Below, in pieces: positions 37,831 to 49,956 of a DNA stretch of 64,000 bases. The position numbers and the translations under genes are program-made. The first letter of the stretch is position 1. Each line of letters begins with the position of its first letter. Source of the stretch: an uncultured Gemella sp. (GTDB taxonomy: Bacteria; Bacillota; Bacilli; Staphylococcales; Gemellaceae); contig NZ_CAUQNQ010000003.1 in the NCBI RefSeq assembly GCF_963519265.1, positions 7,642 through 71,641 on the forward strand. The letters run 5' to 3'. Under the pieces are notes generated by a model that did not search any database, had not been told where the DNA came from, and was given only the letters and a program-made list of their open reading frames with translations.

Positions 37831-38685
37831 TTAACTTTCATATATATTATTAAAAATTTTATTTTTAAACTCCCCCAACGCTTCTTGCCATGTTGGGATT
37901 TCAAACCCTGTTTTTTTTGTTTTTTCTAAATTCATAATTGAATATTTTGGTCTATTTGCTTTTTGTGGGAAATCCTTAGATTCAATCGGTACTACTTCTA
38001 CAGCTTCATCTTTTAGAATTTCTTTTGCAAATTCATACCATGAACAGCTATTATCATTTGATAAATGATATGTTCCATATTCTACATTATTTTCTACTGA
38101 ATATACCATGAATTCTGCCAATGTTTTTGTCCATGTTGGTCTTCCGAACTGGTCTGCTACGATTGTTAATTTATCACGATCTTTAGCTAATCTTTGCATT
38201 GTATATACAAAGTTGTTTCCATATTCTCCGAATACCCATGATGTACGAATTATATAGTATTTTTCTAATAATTCTCGTACTGCATTTTCACCTTCTAATT
38301 TTGCTCGACCATATTCATTTTGTGGATTAGTTGCGTCTTCTGGTAAATATTCCGTTTCAGAAGTCCCATCAAAAACATAATCAGTACTAATATACACAAA
38401 AGTTGCTCCACATTCTTTTGCTGCCAAAGCAAGATTACGTGTTCCTTCTGCATTTACTTTGTGATTATCTTCACGACCAACATCTTCAGCATTATCGACA
38501 GCTGTGTACGCTGCACAGTGATAGATTACACTAGGATTTAATTCCTTAACATATCTGCTAACTAAATCTTTATCTGTTATGTCTAATTCTTTTGTTGTTG
38601 TGGCTACATAAGAAATATCTCTTGAATCTAAAAGATTTCTTAATTCACTACCTAATTGTCCATTACTACCTGTAATTAATATCAT
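37831..38685 (-). CDS. rmlD: dTDP-4-dehydrorhamnose reductase
   Basis: ITGSNGQLG, CAAYTAVD, YISTDYVFDG, YGRAK. Confidence 0.95.
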   Translation of the reverse strand: MILITGSNGQLGSELRNLLDSRDISYVATTTKELDITDKDLVSRYVKELNPSVIYHCAAYTAVDNAEDVGREDNHKVNAEGTRNLALAAKECGATFVYISTDYVFDGTSETEYLPEDATNPQNEYGRAKLEGENAVRELLEKYYIIRTSWVFGEYGNNFVYTMQRLAKDRDKLTIVADQFGRPTWTKTLAEFMVYSVENNVEYGTYHLSNDNSCSWYEFAKEILKDEAVEVVPIESKDFPQKANRPKYSIMNLEKTKKTGFEIPTWQEALGEFKNKIFNNIYES

Positions 38686-38706
38686 TATATTACCTCCTAA
38701 TAAAAA

Positions 38707-38824
38707 GGGAGTGACTCAAAATCGTGATTTTGGAGAAATCGATTTTGTCAAGTCACCCCCGCAAAATTTATGAACCCTCATATAGATTTTTTTAATCTAG
38801 GACTATTACTTTCGGGTCAACCCC
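38707..38824 (+). repeat. Dispersed MITE-like repeat, shortened copy between rmlB and rmlD
   Basis: GGGAGTGACTCAAAATCGTGATTT..AAATCGATTTTGTCAAGTCACCCCCGCA. Confidence 0.8.
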
Positions 38825-38831
38825 TTTTTTA

Positions 38832-39869
<1,038 letters not shown>

Positions 39870-39894
39870 TTAACTCCTACTTAATTTTATCTTT

Positions 39895-41454
39895 CTACTT
39901 CTCTATACTTTTAATGATCCATTCTCCTGCTTTTGTTGACCCCTTACGTTCTAATATACCCTCTTTTTTATACTTACTTACATGATATTTAGCTCCATCA
40001 TAAGTTAATCCCAATTCAACAGCTAATTCTTTTATAGTAATCCGTGGATGCCTTCTAATTATCTCTAGAATTCTACCTTGCTGGGTAGTTTCTTGGGTAG
40101 TTTCTTGGGTAGTTTCTTGGGTAGTTTTATGAATCTCATTTTTATTACTATTTTGAACTGTTTCCATGAACTCTTCATTAATTTTTATTATTACATTTGT
40201 ATAGTCATCATCTTTATTATCTAATACATATTCCAAAGAAGGTGATGCATTTGCTCTCAGCGCTTCTTTGGCGCGCCTTACTCCCGAACCATAAGACTCT
40301 ATTAAATTCAAGGAATAGAACATATCTTTTAATTCACCACTAATATACTGCCTATTATCAAAACTATCCTTAGAATTTAAGGAATCTATAGTCACAGGTG
40401 GCAATGGGCGATTATGATTAATAATCGAAATATAATTTTCATAAATATATACACCTATATATTGTTGTGATTCATAATCTTTATGAACTATTGCATTTAT
40501 TAGTAGTTCTTCAAATGTGGAAAGCGGATAATTGTATTTGATATTATGCTCAATTTTATCTTCTTTCCTGATTGTATGTGATCGCATAACCTCATCTTTA
40601 AAATAGTCTATCACTCTTTTTGCCTGCTTCCAAATTGGTCCTGCAAAATCCTTAGCTTCCATTTTATCTGTTTTAGAAACTTCTCTTATTACTTTAACAA
40701 ATGCCCCAGGAATAAATCTCCTAGGTTCATCACAAAACATAAGTACAGCAAAATTCTTAACTCTAAATTTTCCTAATTCAGTCTTACTAATCAAATCTAG
40801 ACTTTTAGCCATTTCAAGTTTATTTTGCTCTTTTATATCTTGTTTTGATTCTGTTTCAATAAGGTATTCTCTCATATATTCATAATTTAAATCATCTAGA
40901 GTTGCAGTATTATTTAATGAACTCGAAAATAATTTCCCAGTAAATTTTTTTAATAACACTAATTCTTGTGACGGAGATGGTAAAACACTGTCTCTATTAT
41001 CCCTTATATACCTACCAGGTTTCAGATTAATCCCCTTAGTACTCTCAGCTTTATCACTGGTTTGATAGGGTCCATTAGTACCAGGTTCTACAGCGATTAT
41101 TAAATACTTAATACCTTGATATTCATTTACTATAATTTGATAACATATTCTTGGATGTATATTCGCTAATAACTTCCTCAATTGATTTTCTGTTGTTTCT
41201 ATCACAGACTCTTCTATTCCACAAATTGGAATTTTCGGAATAGCCTTTATCCCCTTCTCGATATCGTTTTCTTCCTCTACTCCAATGAATATTAAACCTA
41301 TTTCCGATTCCATATAATTATTGGCAAATGCACATGCGGTTTTTAAAATTTTATCTTTAAAACTAGCAGATTTTTTATATTCTATATATTCATTCTCTAT
41401 TTTCTTTGATTGCAAAATTTCATTCGCAAGCTCCTTAATATCTTCTATTTTCAT
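39895..41454 (-). CDS. AlbA_2/Schlafen-like domain + HATPase_c_4-like domain + C-terminal winged HTH
   Basis: ENEYIEYKK..ACAFAN..GLIFIGV; ELLINAIVHKDY, IESYGSGV; TTQE linker; C-terminal ITIKELA..ERKGSTKAGEW. Confidence 0.82.
   Translation of the reverse strand: MKIEDIKELANEILQSKKIENEYIEYKKSASFKDKILKTACAFANNYMESEIGLIFIGVEEENDIEKGIKAIPKIPICGIEESVIETTENQLRKLLANIHPRICYQIIVNEYQGIKYLIIAVEPGTNGPYQTSDKAESTKGINLKPGRYIRDNRDSVLPSPSQELVLLKKFTGKLFSSSLNNTATLDDLNYEYMREYLIETESKQDIKEQNKLEMAKSLDLISKTELGKFRVKNFAVLMFCDEPRRFIPGAFVKVIREVSKTDKMEAKDFAGPIWKQAKRVIDYFKDEVMRSHTIRKEDKIEHNIKYNYPLSTFEELLINAIVHKDYESQQYIGVYIYENYISIINHNRPLPPVTIDSLNSKDSFDNRQYISGELKDMFYSLNLIESYGSGVRRAKEALRANASPSLEYVLDNKDDDYTNVIIKINEEFMETVQNSNKNEIHKTTQETTQETTQETTQQGRILEIIRRHPRITIKELAVELGLTYDGAKYHVSKYKKEGILERKGSTKAGEWIIKSIEK
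40082..40127. repeat. 12-bp tandem repeat, about 4 copies (TTQE)
   Basis: (TGGGTAGTTTCT)n. Confidence 0.9.
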
Positions 41455-41597
41455 AATATTTTCTCACCTTTATATAATATAAATATACACTCTAATCTTA
41501 TCAAATTATTCTTTAATATACTTCAACTTTGAATCTTTAAAATAACATATACAACTACTTTCTCATCAATGATGAGTTATGAGCTCCTACTCAGTTA

Positions 41598-42170
41598 TTA
41601 TATCTCTCCATATACGAAATCATTATTTGCTTCATATTCTTTAAATGTAGGATGTTTAGCATCTTTTTCTGATGTAATAGCTTTTGATAGATCAATCTGC
41701 CAGTCAATTCCAAGCTCTTTATCATCGAACGCAATTCCTGCATCTGCCTCTGCATTATAATAATTATCACACTTATACATGAAGTTAACATTAGGTGTTA
41801 AAGTCGCAAAACCATGAGCAAATCCTCTAGGAACTAAAAGTTGTCTTCTATTATGTTCTGAAAGGATAAAACTTTCCCACTGACCATATGTAGGACTGCC
41901 TTTTCTCATGTCGACAATAACATCAAGCACTGCTCCAGTCACCACACGAATAAGCTTTGTTTGCGCAGCACTTCCTCTTTGGAAATGTAAACCACGAACA
42001 ACACCAGCTTCAACTGATAATGAATGATTGTCTTGAACAAAGTTAAAATCTATACCTAGTTTTTTATATTTTTCTTCAGAATAACTTTCCGTGAAAAATC
42101 CGCGATGATCACCAAAAACATCTGGCTCTATTATTTTTACATCTTTTAATTTTGCTTCCATTACTATCAT
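41598..42170 (-). CDS. rmlC: dTDP-4-dehydrorhamnose 3,5-epimerase
   Basis: GDHRGFF, VQDNHS, RGLHFQ, GFAHGF, YKCD. Confidence 0.95.
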   Translation of the reverse strand: MIVMEAKLKDVKIIEPDVFGDHRGFFTESYSEEKYKKLGIDFNFVQDNHSLSVEAGVVRGLHFQRGSAAQTKLIRVVTGAVLDVIVDMRKGSPTYGQWESFILSEHNRRQLLVPRGFAHGFATLTPNVNFMYKCDNYYNAEADAGIAFDDKELGIDWQIDLSKAITSEKDAKHPTFKEYEANNDFVYGEI

Positions 42171-42172
42171 TG

Positions 42173-43054
42173 TTATAACTCCTGTTCAGCAATACGTAAC
42201 ATATATTGTCCGTAATTATTTTTCTTCAACGGTTGTGCTAACTTAATCAATTGTTCTCTATCGATGTATCCCATGCGATATGCTATTTCTTCTAGACATG
42301 CAACTTTAAGATTTTGACGTTTTTCTATAGTTTCAATAAAATTACTTGCTTCTAGTAATGATTCATGTGTTCCTGAATCTAACCATGCATATCCACGCCC
42401 TAAAAGCTCTACATTTAATTCACCTTTTTCTAGATATGCTTTATTTACGTCAGTTATTTCTAACTCTCCTCTTGGAGAAGGTTTAATATTTTTCGCAATA
42501 TCTACTACTGTGTTATCATAGAAATATAAACCAGTTACTGCATAATTAGATTTAGGTTTTTCTGGTTTTTCTTCGATTGATACAGCCTTCATTTCCTTAT
42601 CAAATTCAACAACCCCAAATCTCTCTGGATCATGAACATGATATCCAAATACCGTAGCACCACTTGGACGACTAGCAGCACGTTGAAGCATCTTACTAAG
42701 TCCACCACCATAGTATATATTATCTCCAAGAATTAAGCACACAGAATCATCACCGATAAATTCTTCTCCAATGATAAACGCCTGAGCTAATCCATCTGGA
42801 CTTTCTTGAACTTTGTATTCAATGTTTAAACCTAATTCATTACCATTTCCAAATAACTCCTCAAAACGCGGAGTATCTGTTGGTGTAGATATTATTAAAA
42901 TATCTTTAATTCCTGCAAGCATTAAGATAGACATCGGATAATAAATCATCGGTTTATCGTATATTGGCATCAATTGTTTTGATATCGCCTTTGTAAGAGG
43001 ATATAAACGCGTTCCGCTTCCTCCCGCTAAAATTATTCCTTTCATGAAAATCAC
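42173..43054 (-). CDS. rmlA: Glucose-1-phosphate thymidylyltransferase
   Basis: [38 protein letters not shown]. Confidence 0.96.
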   Translation of the reverse strand: MIFMKGIILAGGSGTRLYPLTKAISKQLMPIYDKPMIYYPMSILMLAGIKDILIISTPTDTPRFEELFGNGNELGLNIEYKVQESPDGLAQAFIIGEEFIGDDSVCLILGDNIYYGGGLSKMLQRAASRPSGATVFGYHVHDPERFGVVEFDKEMKAVSIEEKPEKPKSNYAVTGLYFYDNTVVDIAKNIKPSPRGELEITDVNKAYLEKGELNVELLGRGYAWLDSGTHESLLEASNFIETIEKRQNLKVACLEEIAYRMGYIDREQLIKLAQPLKKNNYGQYMLRIAEQEL

Positions 43055-43106
43055 ATCCTTATTTTAGAATAGTTTATTTTTCTTAATTATATCTTTCTCA
43101 TATATA

Positions 43107-44516
43107 TTACTTTAAAAGTGTTCTGATCTCTTTAATGTTTATTGTTCTTAATACAATATTCATTATAACATACGTAATACCACCAACTCCAATATAAATC
43201 AATAGCCCAACTACTCCTTCTAATCCTAACATATATTTACATAACATAATAGCTATAAACATTAGGAGAGATGCACTAATAATTTTTACTAGATCAATAT
43301 TAAACAATAGGTTCTTGCTAATAATATTACGGCTATAATACCATTGAATGGTAAATACAAGAATTTCTACTACTACAGATGTTATACTCGCTCCGATATA
43401 TCCAAAAAATGGAATGACTACAATATTAACGACTACACTGACAAATGCAGGTATCGTTGTTGACAACATAAATTCTTTATTCTTATTTCTAGCCACTAAT
43501 ACTTGATATCCAAGAATATTAGTCCACCCAATGAACATAATGTTAAATACTATAATATACAAGACATACTTAACATCTTGGAAATTTTCTCCTAAGAATA
43601 ATTTAACAAACACTTCATTAACCGCAATTAATCCGAAAATCATTGGAAAAATTATTAGATTATACAAAATAAATGAAAATCTCACCATATTTTGTGCTTC
43701 TTTTTCTTTTTTTTCAGAAAGAAGATTCGCTACCCTAGGAAGCATAACAGCACCTAATGAACTAACTACAGTAATAAGAATACTCGTTAGCTTCTGACCT
43801 TGTTCATAAATTCCAACATCCGAATACGACCCTAAAATACCTAGTAACGTTTTGTCCAATACCACATAAAGCGAGATAGCAACTTGCGGTAAAAATAATA
43901 ACACTATTGGATGAAAATTTTTCTTAATAAGTTTAATATTAAATGAAGGGTATTTTATAAATTTCTTTGCTGGTACCCACATTACAAATTGTCCTAGAAA
44001 ATCAAATACGATAATTAGAAATGCATAAAGATATAAATCTTCACTACTTTTAACAAGGGTGAAAATACTAATTACTCCAGATAATTTCACAACAGTATTT
44101 CTAAGTGTTATTTTCTTAAAATCTTCTTTTCCTGCGAATAACCATGAAATATCAATCATTTTTGAAAATAGAACAACACCTAATATTATCGGTATTATTC
44201 CACCCATATTTGGAATACTAATGACCGCTATCACATACGCAATAAGTGCAAGCAAACTCGCAATAAATTGAATTGCATAAATATTCCAAAATGTGCTACT
44301 AACATCACTTGCAGCAGCGATTTGCTTCGTACCATATACTGCAACTCCTAACATCGCAAATAAGGAGAAGTAATTTACAATAGAGCTATAAAATACATAA
44401 TTACCTAAATCTTCACTAGTAAAAATCCTTGTAACATATGGAACTGTGATTATAGGAAGAATTATCGTTAATATTTGATACGAAAGATTGTATAAATAAT
44501 TTTTTATTACTTTCAT
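43107..44516 (-). CDS. wzx: Polysaccharide flippase
   Basis: KNYLYNLSYQILTIILPIITVPYVTR; polytopic. Confidence 0.9.
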   Translation of the reverse strand: MKVIKNYLYNLSYQILTIILPIITVPYVTRIFTSEDLGNYVFYSSIVNYFSLFAMLGVAVYGTKQIAAASDVSSTFWNIYAIQFIASLLALIAYVIAVISIPNMGGIIPIILGVVLFSKMIDISWLFAGKEDFKKITLRNTVVKLSGVISIFTLVKSSEDLYLYAFLIIVFDFLGQFVMWVPAKKFIKYPSFNIKLIKKNFHPIVLLFLPQVAISLYVVLDKTLLGILGSYSDVGIYEQGQKLTSILITVVSSLGAVMLPRVANLLSEKKEKEAQNMVRFSFILYNLIIFPMIFGLIAVNEVFVKLFLGENFQDVKYVLYIIVFNIMFIGWTNILGYQVLVARNKNKEFMLSTTIPAFVSVVVNIVVIPFFGYIGASITSVVVEILVFTIQWYYSRNIISKNLLFNIDLVKIISASLLMFIAIMLCKYMLGLEGVVGLLIYIGVGGITYVIMNIVLRTINIKEIRTLLK

Positions 44517-44635
44517 TATATTTCCTCATCATACTAAGAGTTTCTAATATTATAAAGTAATCTCACTTCACAAAATACCAACTGCTATACACTAAACTAT
44601 AACAGCTGGTATTAGAATAGAGTACTTATTCCCTC

Positions 44636-45733
44636 TTATTTATTCAATTCCTCTCTTACTACATTAAGAGCTCTTTCGATTACTACGTGCATATCATAAT
44701 ATTTATAGTCTGCAAGACGTCCGCAGAAGATAACATTTTTACCTTTTGCTTCTTCCAAATATTTTTGATACATTTCATTATTTTTAGCATCGTTAATTGG
44801 ATAGTATGGTTCATCCCCACGTTTCCAATCTACTGAGTATTCACGCGTAATAACTGTTTTCTCTTGAGTACCTTTTTCGAAGTGTTTGTGCTCGATAATA
44901 CGAGTGTAAGGAACTTCACGCTCTGTGTAGTTCACTACAGCATTACCTTGGTAGTTCTCTTCATCTAGTACTTCATGTTCAAAGCGAAGACTTCTATATT
45001 CTAATTCTCCGTGTTTATAATCGAAGTATTGATCGATCATTCCTGTGAATACTACTTTTTTCGCACTTGCTTCTAATTCTTCACGATTCTCAAAGAAGTC
45101 CACATTTAGTTCTACTTCGATACCTTTCAGCATATTGTCAATAATAACATTGTACCCACCAATTGGAATACCTTGATATCTATCGTTGAAGTAGTTGTTA
45201 TCGAATGTGAAGCGTACTGGAAGACGTTTAATAATAAATGGTGGTAGTTCTGTAGCACTGCGTCCCCATTGTTTTTCTGTGTAGCCTTTAATTAAAGTTT
45301 CATATACGTCAGTACCAATAAGTTTGATAGCTTGTTCTTCTAGGTTTTTAGGTTCACTATCTTGCAGATGGGCTGTTTGTTCAGCGATTTTAGCTTTTAC
45401 TTCTGCAGGAGTCTTAGTTCCCCATAATCCATAGAAAGTATTCATATTGAAAGGTAGATTATATAACTTACCTTTGTAGTTTGCTACTGGCGAGTTAATG
45501 TAGTTGTTAAACTCAGCAAATTGATTCACATAATCCCACACTTCTTTGTTAGAAGTATGGAAGATATGTGCACCGTATTTGTGAACATTGATTCCTTCAA
45601 CGTTCTCACAATAGATATTCCCACCAATGTGGTCACGTTTATCTATTACTTTTACTTTTTTTCCTTGTTTTGTTGCTTCATGAGCAAAGATTGCACCTGA
45701 CAATCCAGCTCCTACTATTAAATAATCGTACAT
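44636..45733 (-). CDS. glf: UDP-galactopyranose mutase
   Basis: YLIVGAGLSG, HKYGAHIFHT, EPYYP, GRLADYKYYDM. Confidence 0.96.
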   Translation of the reverse strand: MYDYLIVGAGLSGAIFAHEATKQGKKVKVIDKRDHIGGNIYCENVEGINVHKYGAHIFHTSNKEVWDYVNQFAEFNNYINSPVANYKGKLYNLPFNMNTFYGLWGTKTPAEVKAKIAEQTAHLQDSEPKNLEEQAIKLIGTDVYETLIKGYTEKQWGRSATELPPFIIKRLPVRFTFDNNYFNDRYQGIPIGGYNVIIDNMLKGIEVELNVDFFENREELEASAKKVVFTGMIDQYFDYKHGELEYRSLRFEHEVLDEENYQGNAVVNYTEREVPYTRIIEHKHFEKGTQEKTVITREYSVDWKRGDEPYYPINDAKNNEMYQKYLEEAKGKNVIFCGRLADYKYYDMHVVIERALNVVREELNK

Positions 45734-45739
45734 GTTCTA

Positions 45740-46879
45740 TTACCTCTTTAGATTATAAATTATATCACTACCTGTAATTAAGTATCCTAAGAACAGAATA
45801 GATGGATTGTGAGAAATCTCTAATAATTGCGGATCGTATATACAATGAATTCCTAATATAACAATCATTAACGTATAAAAAACATTATTACTCAGTTTCT
45901 TTTTCCCTAATAAATAATATCCTACAATAATTAATAATATTAGTATTATCCCATAGTTAAATAGTATATTAAGAAAAGATGAATCTACATAATCGTATTC
46001 TATTTCTGACATCCACTGGTTCTCTGTCACCCACAATATCTTTTGACCGAATATAGTAATTCCAAATTCATCCCATGCCTTATCAGCCAAACGTAAACGC
46101 CCTGTAACTAATGTATTTAATAATTCTCCTACTTCAGTTCCAAATCGATATAGGAACAACGTACCTAATGATATTATGAAACCACATAACATAGTATACT
46201 TGTTTAAAAAATTACTTTGCTTCGATAATTTTAAATATTTAATGATCGATACTAAAAATAATAGTAATACACTACAAGCAAAAGCAGATTTAGTATCAGT
46301 TTTTATATATAAGTAATAATTAGTTATAAATAAAGCTATTATCTCTAAAACTTTTATCTTTTCTCTTCTAATGAAGCTATAAAATAGTGTAAAGTGGAAA
46401 AAATAGTTTGCTGAGAAACTAGAGTACCCATATCCTAATCCATATCTTATTTTATCTCCTTCTCTCCCGAACACACGAGTTGTTTCACCTATGATATCCA
46501 TATAATAAGAAACTGATACAAATAACATTAATATAATAATTTCAAATAACCAAATTCTTAATATTTTTTCTAAATTAATGTTCCTAACACTTATTACTAA
46601 CAAAAAAATTGGCAATAATGTGTAATAAGTTTTTGTCATAAAAATTATTACTGATAAAATAGGGATTAAAATTAAAATTGTATATAACTCTATTTTACTA
46701 TGTTTGTCTATTAATAATTTTACTAATAACATGATACAAGCAGATATTACTAATATCTTACTAACATTTTTTAAGATAGAGAATCCCTCTACAAACATAG
46801 TTCTAGATAAAAAGTCAACAAAAATAACTAATACAAATGAAAAGATATATAAATACTTTGATACTATACTTCTATTCAT
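45740..46879 (-). CDS. wzy: Polysaccharide polymerase
   Basis: Polytopic, RYGLGY, TGRL, YVDSSF; position in cps locus. Confidence 0.8.
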   Translation of the reverse strand: MNRSIVSKYLYIFSFVLVIFVDFLSRTMFVEGFSILKNVSKILVISACIMLLVKLLIDKHSKIELYTILILIPILSVIIFMTKTYYTLLPIFLLVISVRNINLEKILRIWLFEIIILMLFVSVSYYMDIIGETTRVFGREGDKIRYGLGYGYSSFSANYFFHFTLFYSFIRREKIKVLEIIALFITNYYLYIKTDTKSAFACSVLLLFLVSIIKYLKLSKQSNFLNKYTMLCGFIISLGTLFLYRFGTEVGELLNTLVTGRLRLADKAWDEFGITIFGQKILWVTENQWMSEIEYDYVDSSFLNILFNYGIILILLIIVGYYLLGKKKLSNNVFYTLMIVILGIHCIYDPQLLEISHNPSILFLGYLITGSDIIYNLKR

Positions 46880-47933
46880 ATTCTTTGACTTCCCTTCTAT
46901 CTAGACACTTCTCAATTGCTCTCTTAAAATAGTAGCCATCTCTAAGTTTTAAACCTACTTCTTTAGCATTTTTCTGTATTTCATCTAGTTTTTCTTGAGG
47001 AGTATTACTTAATATTTCTTCAATTTCCCCAAGATTATCAATCAATATTCCTACATTATTTTCTTTAACAAATTTCGCAATTGCCGCTTCTTTCCATATT
47101 AATACTGGAATTCCAGCTGATAAATATAACGAAGTTTTGTGTGGATTATTATATCTAAGATAGTTCCCTGTATTCCCACTACAAGTTTCTATACTATCTC
47201 CATCCCAAACTAATCCAAATTCTCCTTGTAGCTTGTTGGGCAATTCATCCGGAGTAAAGCTTCCTAAATAATAAATATTCTCACTCAAATTGATGTCTTT
47301 ATCAAAACTTGGACCATATAAATTTAATGTATAATTTGGATTTTGTTCAATTAATTTATACAAATAACTACTTTTTGCTCTATTAAGATTCCCTGCTATA
47401 ATTAATCCTACTCCATTATTCTCTGTTTCTTGACTTTTATTACATAAGTAATCAAATATATCCAAATTAACTAACTTACTTTCACTAATTCCCTCATTAA
47501 CTAAATACTTCTTCATACTGTCATTGTGACAGACTATCTTATCAAACATGGGCAAAAGAACCTTATCTGACAATATTGCAACTTCTTCATCGTAAGTTGA
47601 GGTCCCCCCACGTAATAATTCTAAATCATGAATAACAGTAACAAACTTGGTTTTCTTTATCTTCTTAAAAATTGGAATAAGTTTAATTGCTTCTTTAATT
47701 CCATACATTGGATGTTGAAATATTATAACATCATCTTTCTTCAATTTAAACAATAAACTTAACCACAATTTACCAACTTCAAATTTTTTCTTAAGTTTAG
47801 ATGCCTTCCCATCTTCTATCATTAACTTTAAGCTTTTAAACCCTAACTTTTTTGATATATCATATATATCATTTGGAGCCTTTGGACCTGCAGTGTGCTC
47901 ATCATTTTTTCTAAGTTCAATAAAATATATCAT
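46872..47933 (-). CDS. Galactofuranosyltransferase-like glycosyltransferase
   Basis: AGPKAPND, IHDLE, AGNL, FGLVWDG..YLRYNNPHKTSLYL. Confidence 0.8.
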   Translation of the reverse strand: MIYFIELRKNDEHTAGPKAPNDIYDISKKLGFKSLKLMIEDGKASKLKKKFEVGKLWLSLLFKLKKDDVIIFQHPMYGIKEAIKLIPIFKKIKKTKFVTVIHDLELLRGGTSTYDEEVAILSDKVLLPMFDKIVCHNDSMKKYLVNEGISESKLVNLDIFDYLCNKSQETENNGVGLIIAGNLNRAKSSYLYKLIEQNPNYTLNLYGPSFDKDINLSENIYYLGSFTPDELPNKLQGEFGLVWDGDSIETCSGNTGNYLRYNNPHKTSLYLSAGIPVLIWKEAAIAKFVKENNVGILIDNLGEIEEILSNTPQEKLDEIQKNAKEVGLKLRDGYYFKRAIEKCLDRREVKEYE

Positions 47934-47957
47934 ATAATTCCTCCATCTTCAGCAATT

Positions 47958-48956
47958 TTATAATTCATATTTTGATTTATTAGGAAACTTTTCTTCAAAT
48001 ATCTCTAATATTTCTTTTTTTGTTTCTTCGAAATTTTCAATATCTGTACTATCATTAACACAAATAACTTTACATTTATCTTTCATAAGAATATTTCTTA
48101 ATTCAATATTTGAATTAGAAATCTCATAGTATCTTCCGAAGTTTATATTTCGGGGAATAAAGTCTCCACTACATAAATTCCAATACCTCATCAGCCAGTG
48201 ATTAATCTCATCTTTCGATCTAAATTTATTCTTGTAAGTATCAAGAAAAAGTTGTTTTTCCTGATTTTCTAATAGCTTAAAGACACTCTTCTTATGTGAT
48301 ATAGGAATATGATAATCATAAAAACCCAAAACAGGTTTCCAGAGTAGAGCTACAAAATTTTTTATTAAGTGTTTTCCATAAGATAGTTTAAAGAATTTCT
48401 TTCCAGCAACATCTAGCACAGATTTTTTGTTAAAATACTTATTTATAACCTCCAAGTTATTCAAGACAATAGAAGCAATCCCCCCATAATTTGGAACTAG
48501 TGGGCTAAATACTCCTATATCCTTTGGTAATCCATCCTCGAAAAAATCTTTCTCAGTTGTAGAATTCATCAAAAATATATCATCATTAAATAAAATAAAG
48601 TTCTCAGATAAACTCTCAATATTATGTAAATTTAATTCTATTACATTCGAATTATATGTAGGAAGAAACTTCTGATCAATAAAATCAGAATGCTTTACTA
48701 TCACTAACTTCTCATGATTAGCATTCAGCCATTCGGGTAAATGTCCTTCAGTAATAAAGAAGATTTTATTCACCCATGGGGCATACCTCTCTACTGCACG
48801 AAACCAATATTTAATTAAGTTCCAGTTTCTATATCTTTCATCGCTATTCATTGTTTGATTAATACCTGTATTACCTAGATATTTATTTTTCTCGTTATAC
48901 CAATTTAAATCTTCTGAATCAACCCAGGTAACAACGATGTCAATTTTTTCAGTCAT
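47958..48956 (-). CDS. Stealth-family sugar-phosphate transferase
   Basis: CR1 IDIVVTWVD, CR2 PTYNSNVIE..FILFNDD, CR4 ICVND. Confidence 0.9.
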   Translation of the reverse strand: MTEKIDIVVTWVDSEDLNWYNEKNKYLGNTGINQTMNSDERYRNWNLIKYWFRAVERYAPWVNKIFFITEGHLPEWLNANHEKLVIVKHSDFIDQKFLPTYNSNVIELNLHNIESLSENFILFNDDIFLMNSTTEKDFFEDGLPKDIGVFSPLVPNYGGIASIVLNNLEVINKYFNKKSVLDVAGKKFFKLSYGKHLIKNFVALLWKPVLGFYDYHIPISHKKSVFKLLENQEKQLFLDTYKNKFRSKDEINHWLMRYWNLCSGDFIPRNINFGRYYEISNSNIELRNILMKDKCKVICVNDSTDIENFEETKKEILEIFEEKFPNKSKYEL

Positions 48957-49005
48957 TTTTACACCTTCTAATTATAATTTTTGTATATAACAAACTTAAC
49001 ATTTT

Positions 49006-49953
49006 TTATAATATTTTATAAAGATATTTTACAAGAATAGGTGATATCATCATCAATCTAAAAAATAATTCAAATTTTCTACCTAATAAAAATTTATTTT
49101 TAATAATAAAATCCTTCTCTTTTTTTAATAATTCAAGATACTCTTTATTCTGAATTTCTCCTTTTTCTGATAGTTGTTCACATAGTCCCCAAATCATATA
49201 TTTATATTTTTCCAACTTTATTACATTTTCATATTTTTCTTCGTTCTCTCTAGAAAACAGATTATCCCATATTTTAAATGCTGTAATTTTTTTATCAGAA
49301 TTCCCTGGAATATCAGTGTTATGTATATCGTAAACATATAGTTTCTCAGGTATAATACTAATCTTACTGATATATTTAAAATATATTAAATTAAATCCTA
49401 AATCTTCACAAAATTTTATCTTTTCATCAAAAAAAATATTTTTTTCATCCAGTATTTCCTTTTTATAAATTTTGTTACATGCAGATCCTCTAAGTTTCAC
49501 TAAACTACCTTTTGATTTTAATACCTCAGTATATATATTTTCCAATGCAATATTTTGTATATCCTTTTCAACTAATCCACTGCTAGTATAATCACACATA
49601 ACTAAGTCTAATCCTTTTTCTTCTTTGAACGGTGCTAACATTTTTGGATAAAACTCTGACATAATAGTATCATCAGAATCTACAAAACTTACATACATTC
49701 CTTTTGATATTTTCAAGCCATTATTCCTAGCAACTGAAACACCAAAATTTTCTTGATTTATGACATTTACATTTTTATCTATACTTTTTATTTCATTAAG
49801 TATATTTAATGTATTATCTGTCGATCCATCATTAATGAAAATCACTTCATACAAAAATAGATTATCTATTGATTTAACAATACTTTTATAACACTCCCTA
49901 ATTGTATCCTGACAATTATAACAGGGTACAATAATAGAAATTTCAACATTCAT
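49006..49953 (-). CDS. Glycosyltransferase family 2
   Basis: ISIIVPCYN, NDGSTD, GVSVARN, FVDSDD. Confidence 0.9.
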   Translation of the reverse strand: MNVEISIIVPCYNCQDTIRECYKSIVKSIDNLFLYEVIFINDGSTDNTLNILNEIKSIDKNVNVINQENFGVSVARNNGLKISKGMYVSFVDSDDTIMSEFYPKMLAPFKEEKGLDLVMCDYTSSGLVEKDIQNIALENIYTEVLKSKGSLVKLRGSACNKIYKKEILDEKNIFFDEKIKFCEDLGFNLIYFKYISKISIIPEKLYVYDIHNTDIPGNSDKKITAFKIWDNLFSRENEEKYENVIKLEKYKYMIWGLCEQLSEKGEIQNKEYLELLKKEKDFIIKNKFLLGRKFELFFRLMMISPILVKYLYKIL

Positions 49954-49956
49954 AAA

